A DNA stretch of 64,000 nt from an uncultured Dehalococcoidia bacterium (GTDB taxonomy: Bacteria; Chloroflexota; Dehalococcoidia; UBA2247; RBG-13-53-26), in assembly GCA_964492335.1 (NCBI GenBank), contig CAZBJX010000011.1, positions 878 through 64,877 of the forward strand. Reading direction: 5' to 3'. Both the position numbers and the translations under genes were made by a program. The notes beneath the pieces are model-generated. The model was not told the DNA's origin, did no database searches, and saw nothing but the letters and a program-made list of their open reading frames with translations. Below are positions 47,243 to 57,779 of this stretch, piece by piece. The number at the start of each line of letters is the position of its first letter. The first letter of the stretch is position 1.

Positions 47243-49563
47243 TCACCGGAGGCCGGGCGGGCGCTTCCTCCGCAGCAGCTTCCCCGCCAGCCCGGGGAGG
47301 GCGCCCATCACACCCCTGACCAGCCCTATTTCGTCCGGCCGGAAGAACCTGACTATGTAAAGGAGCAGAGGGAAGGTGAGAATGAGCAGCACCTTCAGGA
47401 AGCCGGCCATCAGCACCTGGGACTGCTTGTCGGCCGCCCCGGACTCCACCGGTGCCATGCCGGACACATCAGCCAGCGCATCGGACAGGGTAACCCCGGT
47501 CAGGTCCCTGTCGCCGGTATTGGTCACCACCACCTGGAAGGTGATGGGGTCGCCGGCGGCGTCCACCACGCCGCCCGGGCCGTCGCCGCCGACATCGGTG
47601 ACCGCCAGCACGATCCTCCAGGCCGCCCAGCCTTCCTTGTAAACGGGCACCTCCTGGCTGTCGCTGCGGCTGGCCAGCCCGGAGCAGCTGACGGTAGCGG
47701 TGTTCCCGATGACGCCGCCATCTTCGTAGCCCTCCAAGTCAGCCTCGGTGGTGTCATACCAGTACATCCAGGTCCACGTCTCCCCGGCGTCGAGAACCTC
47801 ATCGTCGTTGGCGGACTTCCTCAGAGTGAAGTTCTCGGAGAGATCAACCAGCGAGTCGGTCAGCCCCACCCCGGAGAGCGACACCACCCCGGTGTTGGTT
47901 ACCTTCGCCTCGTAGCGGATGCGGTCGTTGGGGGCGTCCACCACCCCGCCGGGGCCCTGGCCGCCGACATCGGTGACCGTCAGGCGAATGGTGCAGCTGG
48001 CGTCCCGGGCCACCGGCACCAGCTCACCATCACTGCGGCCGCCCAGCTGGTCAGAGCTGGCGGTGGCCATCGCCAGGATGTACCCGTCGGCGTCGCCGGC
48101 ATCCAGGTCGGCTTCGGTAACAACGTGGGAGTAGGTCCAGGCCCAGCTCTCCCCGGCCTGAAGGATGCCATCGTGATTGGTGGACCGCTCCAGGTAGCTG
48201 CGCACCCCTGCGGCCGCCGCCAGGCAGGCGGCGAAGACCACCGCCGCCACCAGAACCAGCTTGACCACCCGGCCCCACTCGTACTTGATGGGGTAGTAGC
48301 GCTGCGAGATGAAATAGGCGCCCACCGGCAGGACGGCATAGCCGATCAGCGTGGCCACCCCCGCCCCCATGATGCCCAGGGGCGGTATCAGGACATAGGA
48401 CAGGGCCACTTTCACCACCGCCCCCGATATGGTCAGCAGGGCCGTGTTCACGGTCTTGCCCTCGATGTAGATGCCCGCCGCCATCTGGAAGTAGCAGCCA
48501 TACAGCACGTAGGACAGCGCCACCAGCGGGATTACGTTGCGGGCGCTGTGGAAGGGCGACGTTGCCATGACCAGCACCAGCTCCTCCCCCAGGGCCGAGA
48601 GAGCCACGGCCGCGAACAGGGCCACCGCCAGGAAGTAGGTGAAGACCCGGGTGTAGGTCTCCCCCGCCCGGGGCTTGAGCGCGGTGGAGAACAGGAAGGG
48701 CAGCCACGCCAGCTGCATGGGGCCCACCAGGATCCCCTGTATCACCATGCCGAACTTGAACCCCAGGGAGTATACTCCGGCCGGGCCGATGCCCATCAGC
48801 CCGGTCAGTATCCACCGGTCGGCCATGACCAGCATCCAGCCAGCCAGCCCGGACGGTATCAACGGCACCCCGTAGGCAAGCATGGCCCGGAGCTTCTGGC
48901 GGGAGATCCGGACGCCCACCCGCCGCAGCAGGCTCCCCATCAGCAGCGTGTAGAGGATGCCGCAGGTGATCAGCTCCGAGTAGAGCACGCCCAGGACCCC
49001 CTTGTGCAGCACGAGCACGAAGACGATGTTCAGGGAGACCGCCATGACGAACTGGGCGATGGAGGCCGCCGCATACCTCACCGGCGTGCCCCTGGCCCGG
49101 TAGACCGTGAGGACTGTGTTGATGCCCTGGTTGAAGAAGAGGGACACGAACAGTATGCGGAAGAAGTAGGGGTCCTGGGAGCGGTCGCGCCCCGGGTCCC
49201 TGAGGACCAGGGAGGATATGGGGCCCGCAAAGATCTCCAGAAGAATCAGGGCCGCCAGCGACGTGGCCATCAGGAAGAGCACCGCCGTGCTGGCCACCCT
49301 GCGCTTCCCTTCCTCGTCCTCCCGCCCGGCATAGAAACGCAGCATGGCGGTGGCCACGCCCATCCCCAGGGTGATCCCCAGCACCGCTGACGTGGTGTTG
49401 AGGAGCTCGATGACGCCGTACCCTTCGGTACCCAGCCTGCGCGTGTACACCGGCACAAGCAGGAAGCCAATGAACTGGCTCAGGACAGTGCTGAGGCCGT
49501 AGATGATGGAGTCCCGCGACAGCGAGAAGACCTGCTTGAAGACGGACTGCTGGCTCTCAGACA
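47243..49563 (-). CDS. Wzx-like flippase fused to two DUF11-type repeat domains and a C-terminal TM anchor
   Basis: Residues about 76-565 form a 12-14 TM MOP flippase. Then two tandem about 115-aa repeats (TEADLD...ATV...VTDVGGxGPGGVVDA...V.NTG...L.GV.L.D.L.D.S). Then a TM helix (VLMAGFLKVLLILTFPLLLYIV) and a basic tail. GTG start near 49563; the ORF-track N-terminal 75 aa is probably extension. Confidence 0.65.
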
Positions 49564-49963
49564 CAGCCCCGTATTCTAGCACATCCGCCTGTGCGCAGCC
49601 CAAGGCATGCCGGCACGGCTCCACACCTGGCCCCTGCGAGCATGCCCGCCCGCTGCCCCGGGGCGGGCCCGTCCCTGCCGGCCGTGCCCTGCAAGACCAC
49701 GGGCCCGGAATGAGAGGTTTCCGTGACAGGGCCTGCCGCCGCCGCGGCCAACCGCAGAAGACGCCCACAAGCGCATGCTGTGTTAACATCCTGTGACCCC
49801 CGGATTACCCCTTGAGAGTCCGGGGAGAGCCTCCAGTGATACACTGTCCCCCACAGCAGAGAATACAGCAGGCCGAGCAGCGGGGGCAGCGCCCTGCCCA
49901 TTCCCGGACCACCTGATAGTTACTATCCGAGGTCCCTTTGACTCAGCCTGCAAGGGGTGGTTA

Positions 49964-51667
49964 ATGACTAAGTTCCTTCTGTCCGCTATCCTGGTGATCT
50001 CCTTGATGGCCGGCGTGCTCGCCACCGCAGTCGGCGACAGCACGCCGGCCCTGGCCGCGCCCACCTACGGCGCCGGGACCAGCGCCGGCGCCAGTCCCAT
50101 CGGCGGGGGCAACGGCTACGTCTCCCCCCACGGGTACTCCCAGACCAAAGCCACTTACGTGGTGAGGACCCTGAGTGAACTGAATGCGGCCATGGCCAAG
50201 GCCACCTCCGGCCAGGTCATCTGGATACCGGACGGCACCACCATCATGGTCAACTCGGTGGCCAACTCTGGCGGCCGGATGTGGCTTCCCAACCCTCTCA
50301 AGCAGGGGGTGGTCCTGGCATCCAACCGTGGGCAGGGCGGCGCGGCCGGTGGCAAGATCAAGCTGACCGCGACAGTCACCGGGGCCTTTGCCACCGGCAT
50401 ATGGTGCCAGAGCAACTCCGTCATCTCCGGGCTGACTATTGAAGGCCCGACCAACCTCGGCATAAGCGGCTCCATGTCAACGCCAACCCTGTTCGCTTTG
50501 AAGATATCGGGGGCCGTCAATGTGGAGGTTGAGAACTGCCACCTCTACAACTTCCCGCAGGGCATCATCACCATAGATAACATCAAGGCCTCCGGCCCGG
50601 CGAACCTCAACTGGAACAGCGCCAACCGGCACAAGATACACCACTGCGAGATCCACGGCGCCCAGGCCCACGGCTGGGGCTACGGTATCCTGCAGAGCAA
50701 CGCCAATGGGAAAGGGATTGCCGCCCATGTCTACGCCTGCAAGCTCTATGACAACCGCCACAGCATAGCCTGTGACCACGGGGAGCCGTACAGCTACGAG
50801 ATTGCCCAGTGCATCATTGGCGACTCGTGGTACTGGTCGCAGAACCGCCCCGGCGGCACCAAGTACTACGCCTGTCAGGTGGACGCTCATGGCATGGGGT
50901 CAAGTAAGGGCTATGCCGGGCGGCACTACGAGGTGCACCACAACACGTTCTCGGCCAATGGCAACAAGGCCAACTGCGGCATCAGGGGATACCCCTCTGA
51001 TCAGCACCGCATCTACAATAACTGGACCAAGAAGACCACTCACAGCGGGGCCTACCCGGCCGGCGGCGCGTACGAGGTGAAGATAGGGAGCCTGGTTGAC
51101 CTCGAGGGGTCCGAAGGCGGGGCGTGGGGCGGGGCCAACAACATGCCCCAGTACAAGGTGTACGTCTACGCCAACTGGTACGGGACTTCGGGCCCCGGCA
51201 CAACCCCCTACACCAACGTCGCCCCCGTCCTGAACGAGATCGGCGACAAGAGCGTGGTAGCCGGCAGCACACTCTCGTTCACCGTGTCGGCCTACGATCC
51301 CGACGGGGACCCCCTCACCTTCGCCGCATCCAACCTGCCTCAGGGAGCCACCTTCACCGCCAGCACCCGGACCTTCGCCTGGACGCCGGACGAGACCCAG
51401 GCCGGCATCTACGCCAGCGTGCGTTTCCAGGTGAGCGACGGCTCCCTGACCGCCTCCGAGTCGATCACCATCACGGTCGCCGCCGCCAGCACCAGCAGCG
51501 GGCCTGACGTCAACGGCGACGGCGCCGTCAACTCTCTGGACATGATCTGCATCGGCCAGCGCTGGGGCCAGACCGGCGCCAGGGGCTGGATACCGGAAGA
51601 CATCAACCGCGACGGAGTGGTAAACGTCCTGGACGCCAACATCGTCGGCCAGCGCTGGACAGGATAG
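49964..51667 (+). CDS. secreted right-handed beta-helix protein with cadherin/Ig-like domain and C-terminal dockerin
   Basis: ATG at 49964 with AAGGGGTGG RBS, signal peptide, beta-helix repeats. Putative Ig/cadherin-like segment (VAGSTLSFTVSAYDPDGDPLTF). Two dockerin calcium-binding repeats (DVNGDGAVNSLD ... DINRDGVVNVLD). Confidence 0.75.
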   Translation: MTKFLLSAILVISLMAGVLATAVGDSTPALAAPTYGAGTSAGASPIGGGNGYVSPHGYSQTKATYVVRTLSELNAAMAKATSGQVIWIPDGTTIMVNSVANSGGRMWLPNPLKQGVVLASNRGQGGAAGGKIKLTATVTGAFATGIWCQSNSVISGLTIEGPTNLGISGSMSTPTLFALKISGAVNVEVENCHLYNFPQGIITIDNIKASGPANLNWNSANRHKIHHCEIHGAQAHGWGYGILQSNANGKGIAAHVYACKLYDNRHSIACDHGEPYSYEIAQCIIGDSWYWSQNRPGGTKYYACQVDAHGMGSSKGYAGRHYEVHHNTFSANGNKANCGIRGYPSDQHRIYNNWTKKTTHSGAYPAGGAYEVKIGSLVDLEGSEGGAWGGANNMPQYKVYVYANWYGTSGPGTTPYTNVAPVLNEIGDKSVVAGSTLSFTVSAYDPDGDPLTFAASNLPQGATFTASTRTFAWTPDETQAGIYASVRFQVSDGSLTASESITITVAAASTSSGPDVNGDGAVNSLDMICIGQRWGQTGARGWIPEDINRDGVVNVLDANIVGQRWTG

Positions 51668-51677
51668 GCACCGAGGC

Positions 51678-51712
51678 TGCGCGGCCGGCGCCATTTGCCG
51701 GCCGCGCAGCAG
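51678..51712 (+). terminator. GC-rich terminator-like hairpin (no U-tract)
   Basis: GCTGCGCGGCCGG-cgccatttg-CCGGCCGCGCAGC, 11 nt after the beta-helix gene stop. Confidence 0.3.
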
Positions 51713-51800
51713 GCCACCGCCGCTCCCCCGGCCTCCCCACCCCACCCGACACCCCCCTTGCACCCCCTCCCTCGTTCCGGTACCATGTTGAGCCGAGCCC

Positions 51801-52217
51801 ATGAGGACCGTGGTCGTCTACCGTTCCCGCCTGGGAACCACCAGGAGGTACGCCCGTTGGCTGCAGGAGGCCCTCGAGGCCGACCTGTCAAAGGCCGGGG
51901 CAGGCCGCCGCAGCGCCCGGGATTACGACCTCATCATCATCTGCTCCCCCACCTACCTGGGCCGTATCAGCCTCCTGGGCTACCTCAGGGAGCGCTGGCC
52001 CGTTCTCAAGGACAAGTGGGTGATACTGGTGGCGGTTGGCCTGGCGCCCCCCGCGGGCACACACAGCCGCAGGAGCTGCCAGGGGGTCCCGGAGGATATC
52101 CGCAGCCGGGTGCGGTACTTCGAGCTGCCGGGCAGCATAGGCCCGGCCGGTCGCGGCCGGGTCAGGCCGGAGAACCTGCGCCCGGTCCTGGAGTACATCC
52201 GCTCCATCCACGGCTAG
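51801..52217 (+). CDS. flavodoxin-like domain protein
   Basis: MRTVVVYRSRLGTTRRYARWL and IIICSPTYLG flavodoxin-like motifs. Promoter TTGCAC-N17-TACCAT at 51758-51786. Confidence 0.55.
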   Translation: MRTVVVYRSRLGTTRRYARWLQEALEADLSKAGAGRRSARDYDLIIICSPTYLGRISLLGYLRERWPVLKDKWVILVAVGLAPPAGTHSRRSCQGVPEDIRSRVRYFELPGSIGPAGRGRVRPENLRPVLEYIRSIHG

Positions 52218-52331
52218 AGCCGGCAAGGGCCGGAGACATGAGGCCTGGTACCAGGCCGAAATGGACCGCCCGGCCGGCCACGCCGGGCGCCGCGCCGGCC
52301 CAGGCCGCCACCCTGCGGGGGGCCGGCGCCC

Positions 52332-52877
52332 CTAGCGGCCCGGCTTCCTGCCGAAGGCCAGCCCCATGGCGTCCGCCAGCCTTTCGGGGTCCCGGGAGCC
52401 GATCAGCAGGCGCCGGCCGTCGGCCAGCTCCAGCATCACCCCCCGGTTCCCGCTGACGTTGTAGGCCTTGCCACGGGAGCCGTAGCGGATGCCCCAGCCC
52501 CCGTAGTCCCTGAGGGGGCTGTAGGTGTGCGGGGCGAACCCCGCCAGGAGCTCCGGGGGTATCCGCTGGAATGACTGGTGGAGCGGGAAGAAGCGGTAGT
52601 ACAGACCCTCAGGGCGCACCTCGGTCGTCAGGTTGGCCGCGTAGAAGAAGACGGGGAAGGCGAGGCCGAAGACGGCCCCGATGAGGATTACCAGCCAGTC
52701 CGGCCCGGGGTTCTGCCCGAAGGGCCGGCCCAGGATGATCTGCTGGGTGAAGCCCCAGGCGGAGACGCCGGTGGTGCCGCCCACGAGCACCCACAGCCAC
52801 CACTGCCGAAAGTGCTGCACCTCACGATAGATGGGGGGGCCGCCCCGGCCCGGCCCTCCTGTGGGTCCTCTCTTCAC
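52332..52877 (-). CDS. membrane protein with two N-terminal TM helices (bacterial PH-like), hypothetical
   Basis: GTG at 52877 preceded by GGAAGAGAGAGGG. Two TM helices, then a soluble domain. Upstream ORF-track residues are out of gene. Confidence 0.4.
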   Translation of the reverse strand: MKRGPTGGPGRGGPPIYREVQHFRQWWLWVLVGGTTGVSAWGFTQQIILGRPFGQNPGPDWLVILIGAVFGLAFPVFFYAANLTTEVRPEGLYYRFFPLHQSFQRIPPELLAGFAPHTYSPLRDYGGWGIRYGSRGKAYNVSGNRGVMLELADGRRLLIGSRDPERLADAMGLAFGRKPGR

Positions 52878-53050
52878 GCAGGCCCTCTCTCTTCCGGCCC
52901 TTTCCCCGGGCGCCCGGCCGCGCTCTCCGGCCCGGCGCCCCGGGGGCCTGTGGCCTCCGGTATTGTAGCACGGCCGGCGGTCGCAGGCATCCAAAGCCCT
53001 TGATTTGGGGCGGCGGGCGGCGTAAACTGCTGTGGGAAACGAGGCAGCAG

Positions 53051-54028
53051 ATGGCACGTACCAGAACGGCGTCACGGTCCCGAGGCGCCCGGGCCTCCCG
53101 GGCAGCCCCGGCCGGAAACCTGGCCGTTGACCGGGCCATCGGCAACACGCCGCTGGTCCTGCTGAACAACCTGGGCGGCAACCCCAGGGTCAAGATCCTG
53201 GCCAAGCTCGAGGGGGCCAACCTCTCCGGCTCCATCAAGGACCGCCCGGCGCGCTACATGCTGGCCAGGGCCGAGGAGTCGGGCCTGCTCACCCGGGACA
53301 GAGTGATCATCGAGGCCACCTCGGGCAACATGGGCATCGCCCTGGCGGCCATAGGCGCCGCCAGGGGCTACCGCCTGAGGCTCTTCATGCCGGAATGCGT
53401 CAGCCAGGAGAGGCAGCGCGTGTTGACCGCGCTGGGCGCCGAGATCGTGCTCACCCCCGCCAGGGAGGGGACCGACGGCGCCATCAGGGGGGTGCACCGC
53501 CTGCTGGAGGAGGACCCTGACAAGTACTTCATGCCCAACCAGTTCGACAACGAGGGCAACTCCATGGCGCACTACGAGGGCACCGGCCCGGAGATCTACT
53601 CCCAGACCCGCGCCCAGGTCGACGTCTTCGTGGCGGGCATGGGGACCACGGGGACGCTGATGGGCACGGGGCGCTACCTGAAGGAGAAGAAGCCCGCGTG
53701 CCTCATCGTGGGGATAGAGCCCACCGTGGGGCACACCATCCAGGGGCTGAAGAACATGGAGGAGTCCATCGTGCCCCGCATCTATCACCCCAGCGTCTGG
53801 GACGAGAAGGTAACCGTCGAGGACGAGGAGGCCTTCGAGACCACCAGGCAACTGGCCACCCGCGAAGGGCTGTTCCTGGGCATGTCCAGCGGCGCCGCAG
53901 TGGCCGGCGCCCTGCATGTAGCCAGAGAGATGGACCGCGGGACCATCGTCGTCATCCTCCCTGACCGTGGCGACCGGTACCTGAGCACCACCCTCTTCCG
54001 CTCCATCTGCGCGCGCTGCCCCCCCTAG
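53051..54028 (+). CDS. cysteine synthase family PLP-dependent enzyme (CysK/CysM-like)
   Basis: ATG at 53051. PLP lysine motif SGSIKDRPA, GNTP, TSGNMG, GTGGT-like (GMGTTGT). C-terminal Cys-containing tail. Confidence 0.85.
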   Translation: MARTRTASRSRGARASRAAPAGNLAVDRAIGNTPLVLLNNLGGNPRVKILAKLEGANLSGSIKDRPARYMLARAEESGLLTRDRVIIEATSGNMGIALAAIGAARGYRLRLFMPECVSQERQRVLTALGAEIVLTPAREGTDGAIRGVHRLLEEDPDKYFMPNQFDNEGNSMAHYEGTGPEIYSQTRAQVDVFVAGMGTTGTLMGTGRYLKEKKPACLIVGIEPTVGHTIQGLKNMEESIVPRIYHPSVWDEKVTVEDEEAFETTRQLATREGLFLGMSSGAAVAGALHVAREMDRGTIVVILPDRGDRYLSTTLFRSICARCPP

Positions 54029-54225
54029 AGCGCCGCCGGCCCCCGACCACCACCTCTCACGCCGGACGCCTTCCTCGAAGCGGCCCGGGGAAGGATTCTC
54101 CCTGGCTGCGCCGACTAAGAAGAGTACAGAGACCCGGCGGGGGGGGCGGCAGCCGGTGAGGCAGTGTGAGACTGAAGGGCACAGGGGGACGCAGTTGCTG
54201 CCCTTTCCCGCAGCGGGCTTACGCG

Positions 54226-54254
54226 GAGCGCCTGGCTTGAGCCAGGCGCTCCGC
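54226..54254 (+). terminator. terminator-like perfect hairpin downstream of the cysteine synthase gene
   Basis: GGAGCGCCTGGCT-TGA-GCCAGGCGCTCC (13-bp stem) followed by GCAGTTTCC, a weak U-tract. Confidence 0.3.
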
Positions 54255-54367
54255 AGTTTCCGGCCGGCCCGGCGGCCGCCGGGCCGGCGCAGGGCGGCCG
54301 GCCGCGCCACTCCCGGCTGCGCAGACACCTTGACAGCCCGAGCGCGGTCAGTGTAGCCTCTACACCG

Positions 54368-55294
54368 ATGAACATAATCGTTTCCGGGTCCCTGGCCTAT
54401 GACCGGATCATGGACTTCCCGGGCCACTTCGCAGACCACATCCTGCCCGAGAAGATACATGTCCTCAATGTCTGCTTCCAGGTGAACGGCATCAGGGAGG
54501 AGGTGGGGGGGACCGCGGGCAACATCGCCTACGCCCTCAAGCTGCTGGGCCAGGACCCCGTTATCTCCGCCACCATCGGACGGGACTACCAGCGGTACTT
54601 CGGATGGCTGGACCGCAACGGCCTGTCCGCCGAGCGCATAAGGATCATCGAGGACGAGTTCACCGCGGGCGCCTTCATCACCACAGACCAGGCCGACAAC
54701 CAGATCACCGGCTTCAACGCCGGGGCCATGAGGCACTCGTCGTGCCTGTCGTTCGACAGGCTCACCCCGTCGGACACCCTGATGATCATCGCCCCCGGGA
54801 ACCTGGAGGACATGGTCAACTACCCCCGGGAGTGCCGCGCCAGGAAGATACCCTACATCTTCGATCCAGGGCAGTCCCTGCCCGCCTTGAGCCCCGGCGA
54901 CCTGCTCGGGGCCATACAGGGGAGCCTGCTGCTGATATCGAACGACTACGAGCTGGACCTGATCATGAGCAAGACGGGCCTCGCCAGGAGACAGCTCCTG
55001 GAACAGACCGGGGCGATCATCACCACGCTGGGAGACCACGGGTCCCAGGTCTGCACCACCGCTGGAGAGATGGCGGTCCCCACCATCAGGCCCAGGAGGA
55101 CCGTCGACCCTACGGGGGCCGGGGATTCCTACCGGGGCGGCCTCATCGCCGGGCTGGCCCGCGGCCTGGACATCTCCCAGTCTGCCCTGATGGGCAGCGT
55201 CTGCGCTTCGTTCGCCGTCGAGTGCCACGGCACACAGGAGTACACCTTCAGCCGCGAGGAGTTCGAGGAGCGCCTGAACGGGCACTCAGGCTGA
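54368..55294 (+). CDS. PfkB-family carbohydrate/nucleoside kinase
   Basis: Ribokinase-like motifs (GGTAGNIAYAL, DPTGAGDSYRGGLIAGL). Possible promoter TTGACA at 54327-54332. Confidence 0.8.
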   Translation: MNIIVSGSLAYDRIMDFPGHFADHILPEKIHVLNVCFQVNGIREEVGGTAGNIAYALKLLGQDPVISATIGRDYQRYFGWLDRNGLSAERIRIIEDEFTAGAFITTDQADNQITGFNAGAMRHSSCLSFDRLTPSDTLMIIAPGNLEDMVNYPRECRARKIPYIFDPGQSLPALSPGDLLGAIQGSLLLISNDYELDLIMSKTGLARRQLLEQTGAIITTLGDHGSQVCTTAGEMAVPTIRPRRTVDPTGAGDSYRGGLIAGLARGLDISQSALMGSVCASFAVECHGTQEYTFSREEFEERLNGHSG

Positions 55295-55311
55295 AGAGTG
55301 GCAGCCTGGCG

Positions 55312-56184
55312 ATGGTCAACTACTACCTCTTCCTGCTGGCCGAACTCCTCCTCTCGCGTCTCCCCACCAGGGCCGGCTACCTAGTGGCCCACATGGTGGC
55401 CGACATTGTCTACCTGCTGCACCCGCGGCTGCGGGCCGCCGTGGCGGATAACCTGAGACACGTGATGGGCCCGGAGGCGCCAGACGCGGCCATACGGGCC
55501 ACCACCCGCAAGGTGCTGCGCAACCTGGCCAGGAACTACTTCGACCTGATCAAGATGCCGCGGATGAAGCCGGAGGACATCCAGCGGCTGGTGTCGGCGC
55601 ACAACGTGCACTACCTGGTGGAAGCGGTGGCCCGGGGAAAGGGAGTGGTCCTGGTGACCGCTCACTACGGCAGCTTCGACATGGCGGTGCAGGTGCTGGC
55701 GGCCCGGTCCGTGAAGACCACCATCCTGGTTGAAGCCCTGAGACCGGAGAGGCTGCTGGAGCACGTCATTTCCTTGCGCAGCAGCAAGGGGCTGAACATC
55801 ATCCCCGCCCGGTCCGGCGCGCTCCAATCCATCCTGCGCTCGCTGCATCGGGGCGAGATAGTGCTCTTCGCCTGCGACCGCGACCTGACCGGAGACTCGC
55901 CCAAGGCCCTCTTCTTCGGAGAAGAGACCGGGATGCCCGATATCGCCGTGCGGATGGCGCTGCGCACCGGGGCCGCGATCGTGCCCGTGTTCAACCGGCG
56001 GCGGAGCGACGGCCGCTACGACGTCTGGGTTGAGCCGCCCATCGAGGTCGGCGGAAAGAGCAACGGCGCGGCCGCGGTCCACGTGAAGCACGTCATCGGG
56101 ATCATGGAGAGATACATCAAGGCCTGCCCCGAGCAGTGGGTGGTAGTGGAGCCCATCTGGCCCCGCAAGACAAGGGGCGGCTGA
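55312..56184 (+). CDS. LpxL/HtrB/PatA-family lipid acyltransferase (Lip_A_acyltrans)
   Basis: In-frame ATG at 55312 of ORF 54604..56184. HX4D-type motif region (TAHYGSFD). Confidence 0.65.
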   Translation: MVNYYLFLLAELLLSRLPTRAGYLVAHMVADIVYLLHPRLRAAVADNLRHVMGPEAPDAAIRATTRKVLRNLARNYFDLIKMPRMKPEDIQRLVSAHNVHYLVEAVARGKGVVLVTAHYGSFDMAVQVLAARSVKTTILVEALRPERLLEHVISLRSSKGLNIIPARSGALQSILRSLHRGEIVLFACDRDLTGDSPKALFFGEETGMPDIAVRMALRTGAAIVPVFNRRRSDGRYDVWVEPPIEVGGKSNGAAAVHVKHVIGIMERYIKACPEQWVVVEPIWPRKTRGG

Positions 56185-56191
56185 CACGCAC

Positions 56192-57676
56192 ATGGCATCG
56201 AACGGGCCGGGCGCCAGGGCCGGCGACAGCCCCCCCGCAGCTACCAGGTGGGCCATCCTGGGCGCCGTCATGCTGGGCAGCATCATGGGGCCGCTGGACG
56301 GGTCCATCGTCAATACGGTCCTCCCCTCCATAACGCGCCATTTCCACACCGACATCTCCATCGCCCAGTGGGTGCCCACCATCTACCTGCTGACCATCAG
56401 CTGCCTCATCCTCCTCTACGGGCGGCTGGGGGACATGATCGGCTACCGGACGGTCTTCCTCTGGGGCCTGGCCGCCTTCACCGTGACCTCCGTTCTCTGC
56501 GGCCTCTCCCAGGGCATCTGGATGCTGATAGCGTTCAGGGCCCTCCAGGGGCTGGCAGCGGGCATGATGATGTCGGTGGCCTACGCCATCGTGACCAGCG
56601 CCTTTCCGCCGCAGGAGAGGGGCCAGGCCATGGGCCTGTACGCCATCAGCATCGCCGTGGGGCTGGGCCTCGGCCCCACCATGGGCGGCTTCATCGCCCA
56701 GCAACTGAGCTGGCGCTTCATCTTCTTCGTCAATGTGCCCATCGGCCTGGCAGCGGTCGTCTGGGGATACCGCATCATCCCCCGCGGCGGCCGCAAGCCC
56801 GGCCAGCACCTGGACATCGAGGGGGCGGCGGCGGCCTTCGTATTCCTCACCAGCGTGCTCCTCTACGCCAACCGGGGAGAGGACTGGGGATGGGCGGCGC
56901 CGGCATCACTGGCCCTGGCGGGCGTGGCCGCGGTCTCCGGGACGGCGTTCGTCTGGATTGAGAAGAGGGCCGCCCAGCCAATGCTCAACCTGTCCCTCTT
57001 CGCCGACCGCGTCTTCGCCTTCGCCAACCTGAGCGCCCTGCTCAACTTCGTAGCTACCTACGCCGTGGTCTTCCTGACCCCTTTCTACCTCAGCTTCGTG
57101 CTCGACTACGATGTCCTGAAGATCGGCCTGGTGATGGCCGCCTCTCCGGTGGCCACCCTCTTCGTGGCCCCCATCAGCGGCGCCATCTCCGACCGCATCG
57201 GCTCCCGGCCCCTGGCCTTCGGCGGCATGTGCCTCCAGGCCACCGGCCTGCTGCTCCTGGCCCGCCTGGGAGAGGACTCCGGCGCCGGCGACGTGGCCTG
57301 GCGCCTGGTCCTGGCCGGCGCCGGCGCCGGCCTCTTCGGAAGCCCCAACAACAGCGCCGCCATGGGCAGCGTCCCCCCGGCCTACCTGGGAATCGCCTCC
57401 GGCATACTGGCCGCCATGCGGAACGTGGGCATGGTGCTGGGGATAGCCGTGGCCGGCGCGGTGCTGTACAGTTGCGCCCCGGTGGCGCGCTCCGTGGAGA
57501 CCGGGGCCCTCAGCCAGGCGCAGGTCCAGGAGTTCCTCTGCGGCCTGCGGTGGGCCTACATCACGGGCGCCATCATCGCCCTGGCCGCCGCCCTGACATC
57601 CCTGGCCGCCGGCAGGGCGCGCCGGCCGGCGGCGTCCGGGACGCGGCCGGACACCCCCGGGCCGTCCCCTTCATAG
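56192..57676 (+). CDS. MFS transporter, 14-TM DHA2 (EmrB/QacA-like) type
   Basis: 14 predicted TM helices. MFS motif A-like GRLGDMIGYR. Begins 8 nt after the acyltransferase stop. Confidence 0.85.
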   Translation: MASNGPGARAGDSPPAATRWAILGAVMLGSIMGPLDGSIVNTVLPSITRHFHTDISIAQWVPTIYLLTISCLILLYGRLGDMIGYRTVFLWGLAAFTVTSVLCGLSQGIWMLIAFRALQGLAAGMMMSVAYAIVTSAFPPQERGQAMGLYAISIAVGLGLGPTMGGFIAQQLSWRFIFFVNVPIGLAAVVWGYRIIPRGGRKPGQHLDIEGAAAAFVFLTSVLLYANRGEDWGWAAPASLALAGVAAVSGTAFVWIEKRAAQPMLNLSLFADRVFAFANLSALLNFVATYAVVFLTPFYLSFVLDYDVLKIGLVMAASPVATLFVAPISGAISDRIGSRPLAFGGMCLQATGLLLLARLGEDSGAGDVAWRLVLAGAGAGLFGSPNNSAAMGSVPPAYLGIASGILAAMRNVGMVLGIAVAGAVLYSCAPVARSVETGALSQAQVQEFLCGLRWAYITGAIIALAAALTSLAAGRARRPAASGTRPDTPGPSPS

Positions 57677-57779
57677 CCGTCCCAAGCCACGGCTGCCGGA
57701 CATTGGCGGCCTCGCCCTGACGTGATATCATGTCTGGCACGGTCACAACGGACGACATCGAGGAGGGAAGGCTGAGCAC

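Noticed and set aside
53000-53050. N-terminal 17 codons of the cysteine synthase ORF (start at 53000)
   Set aside because: They overlap the divergent membrane-protein promoter region. The ATG at 53051 gives a canonical CysK/CysM N-terminus.
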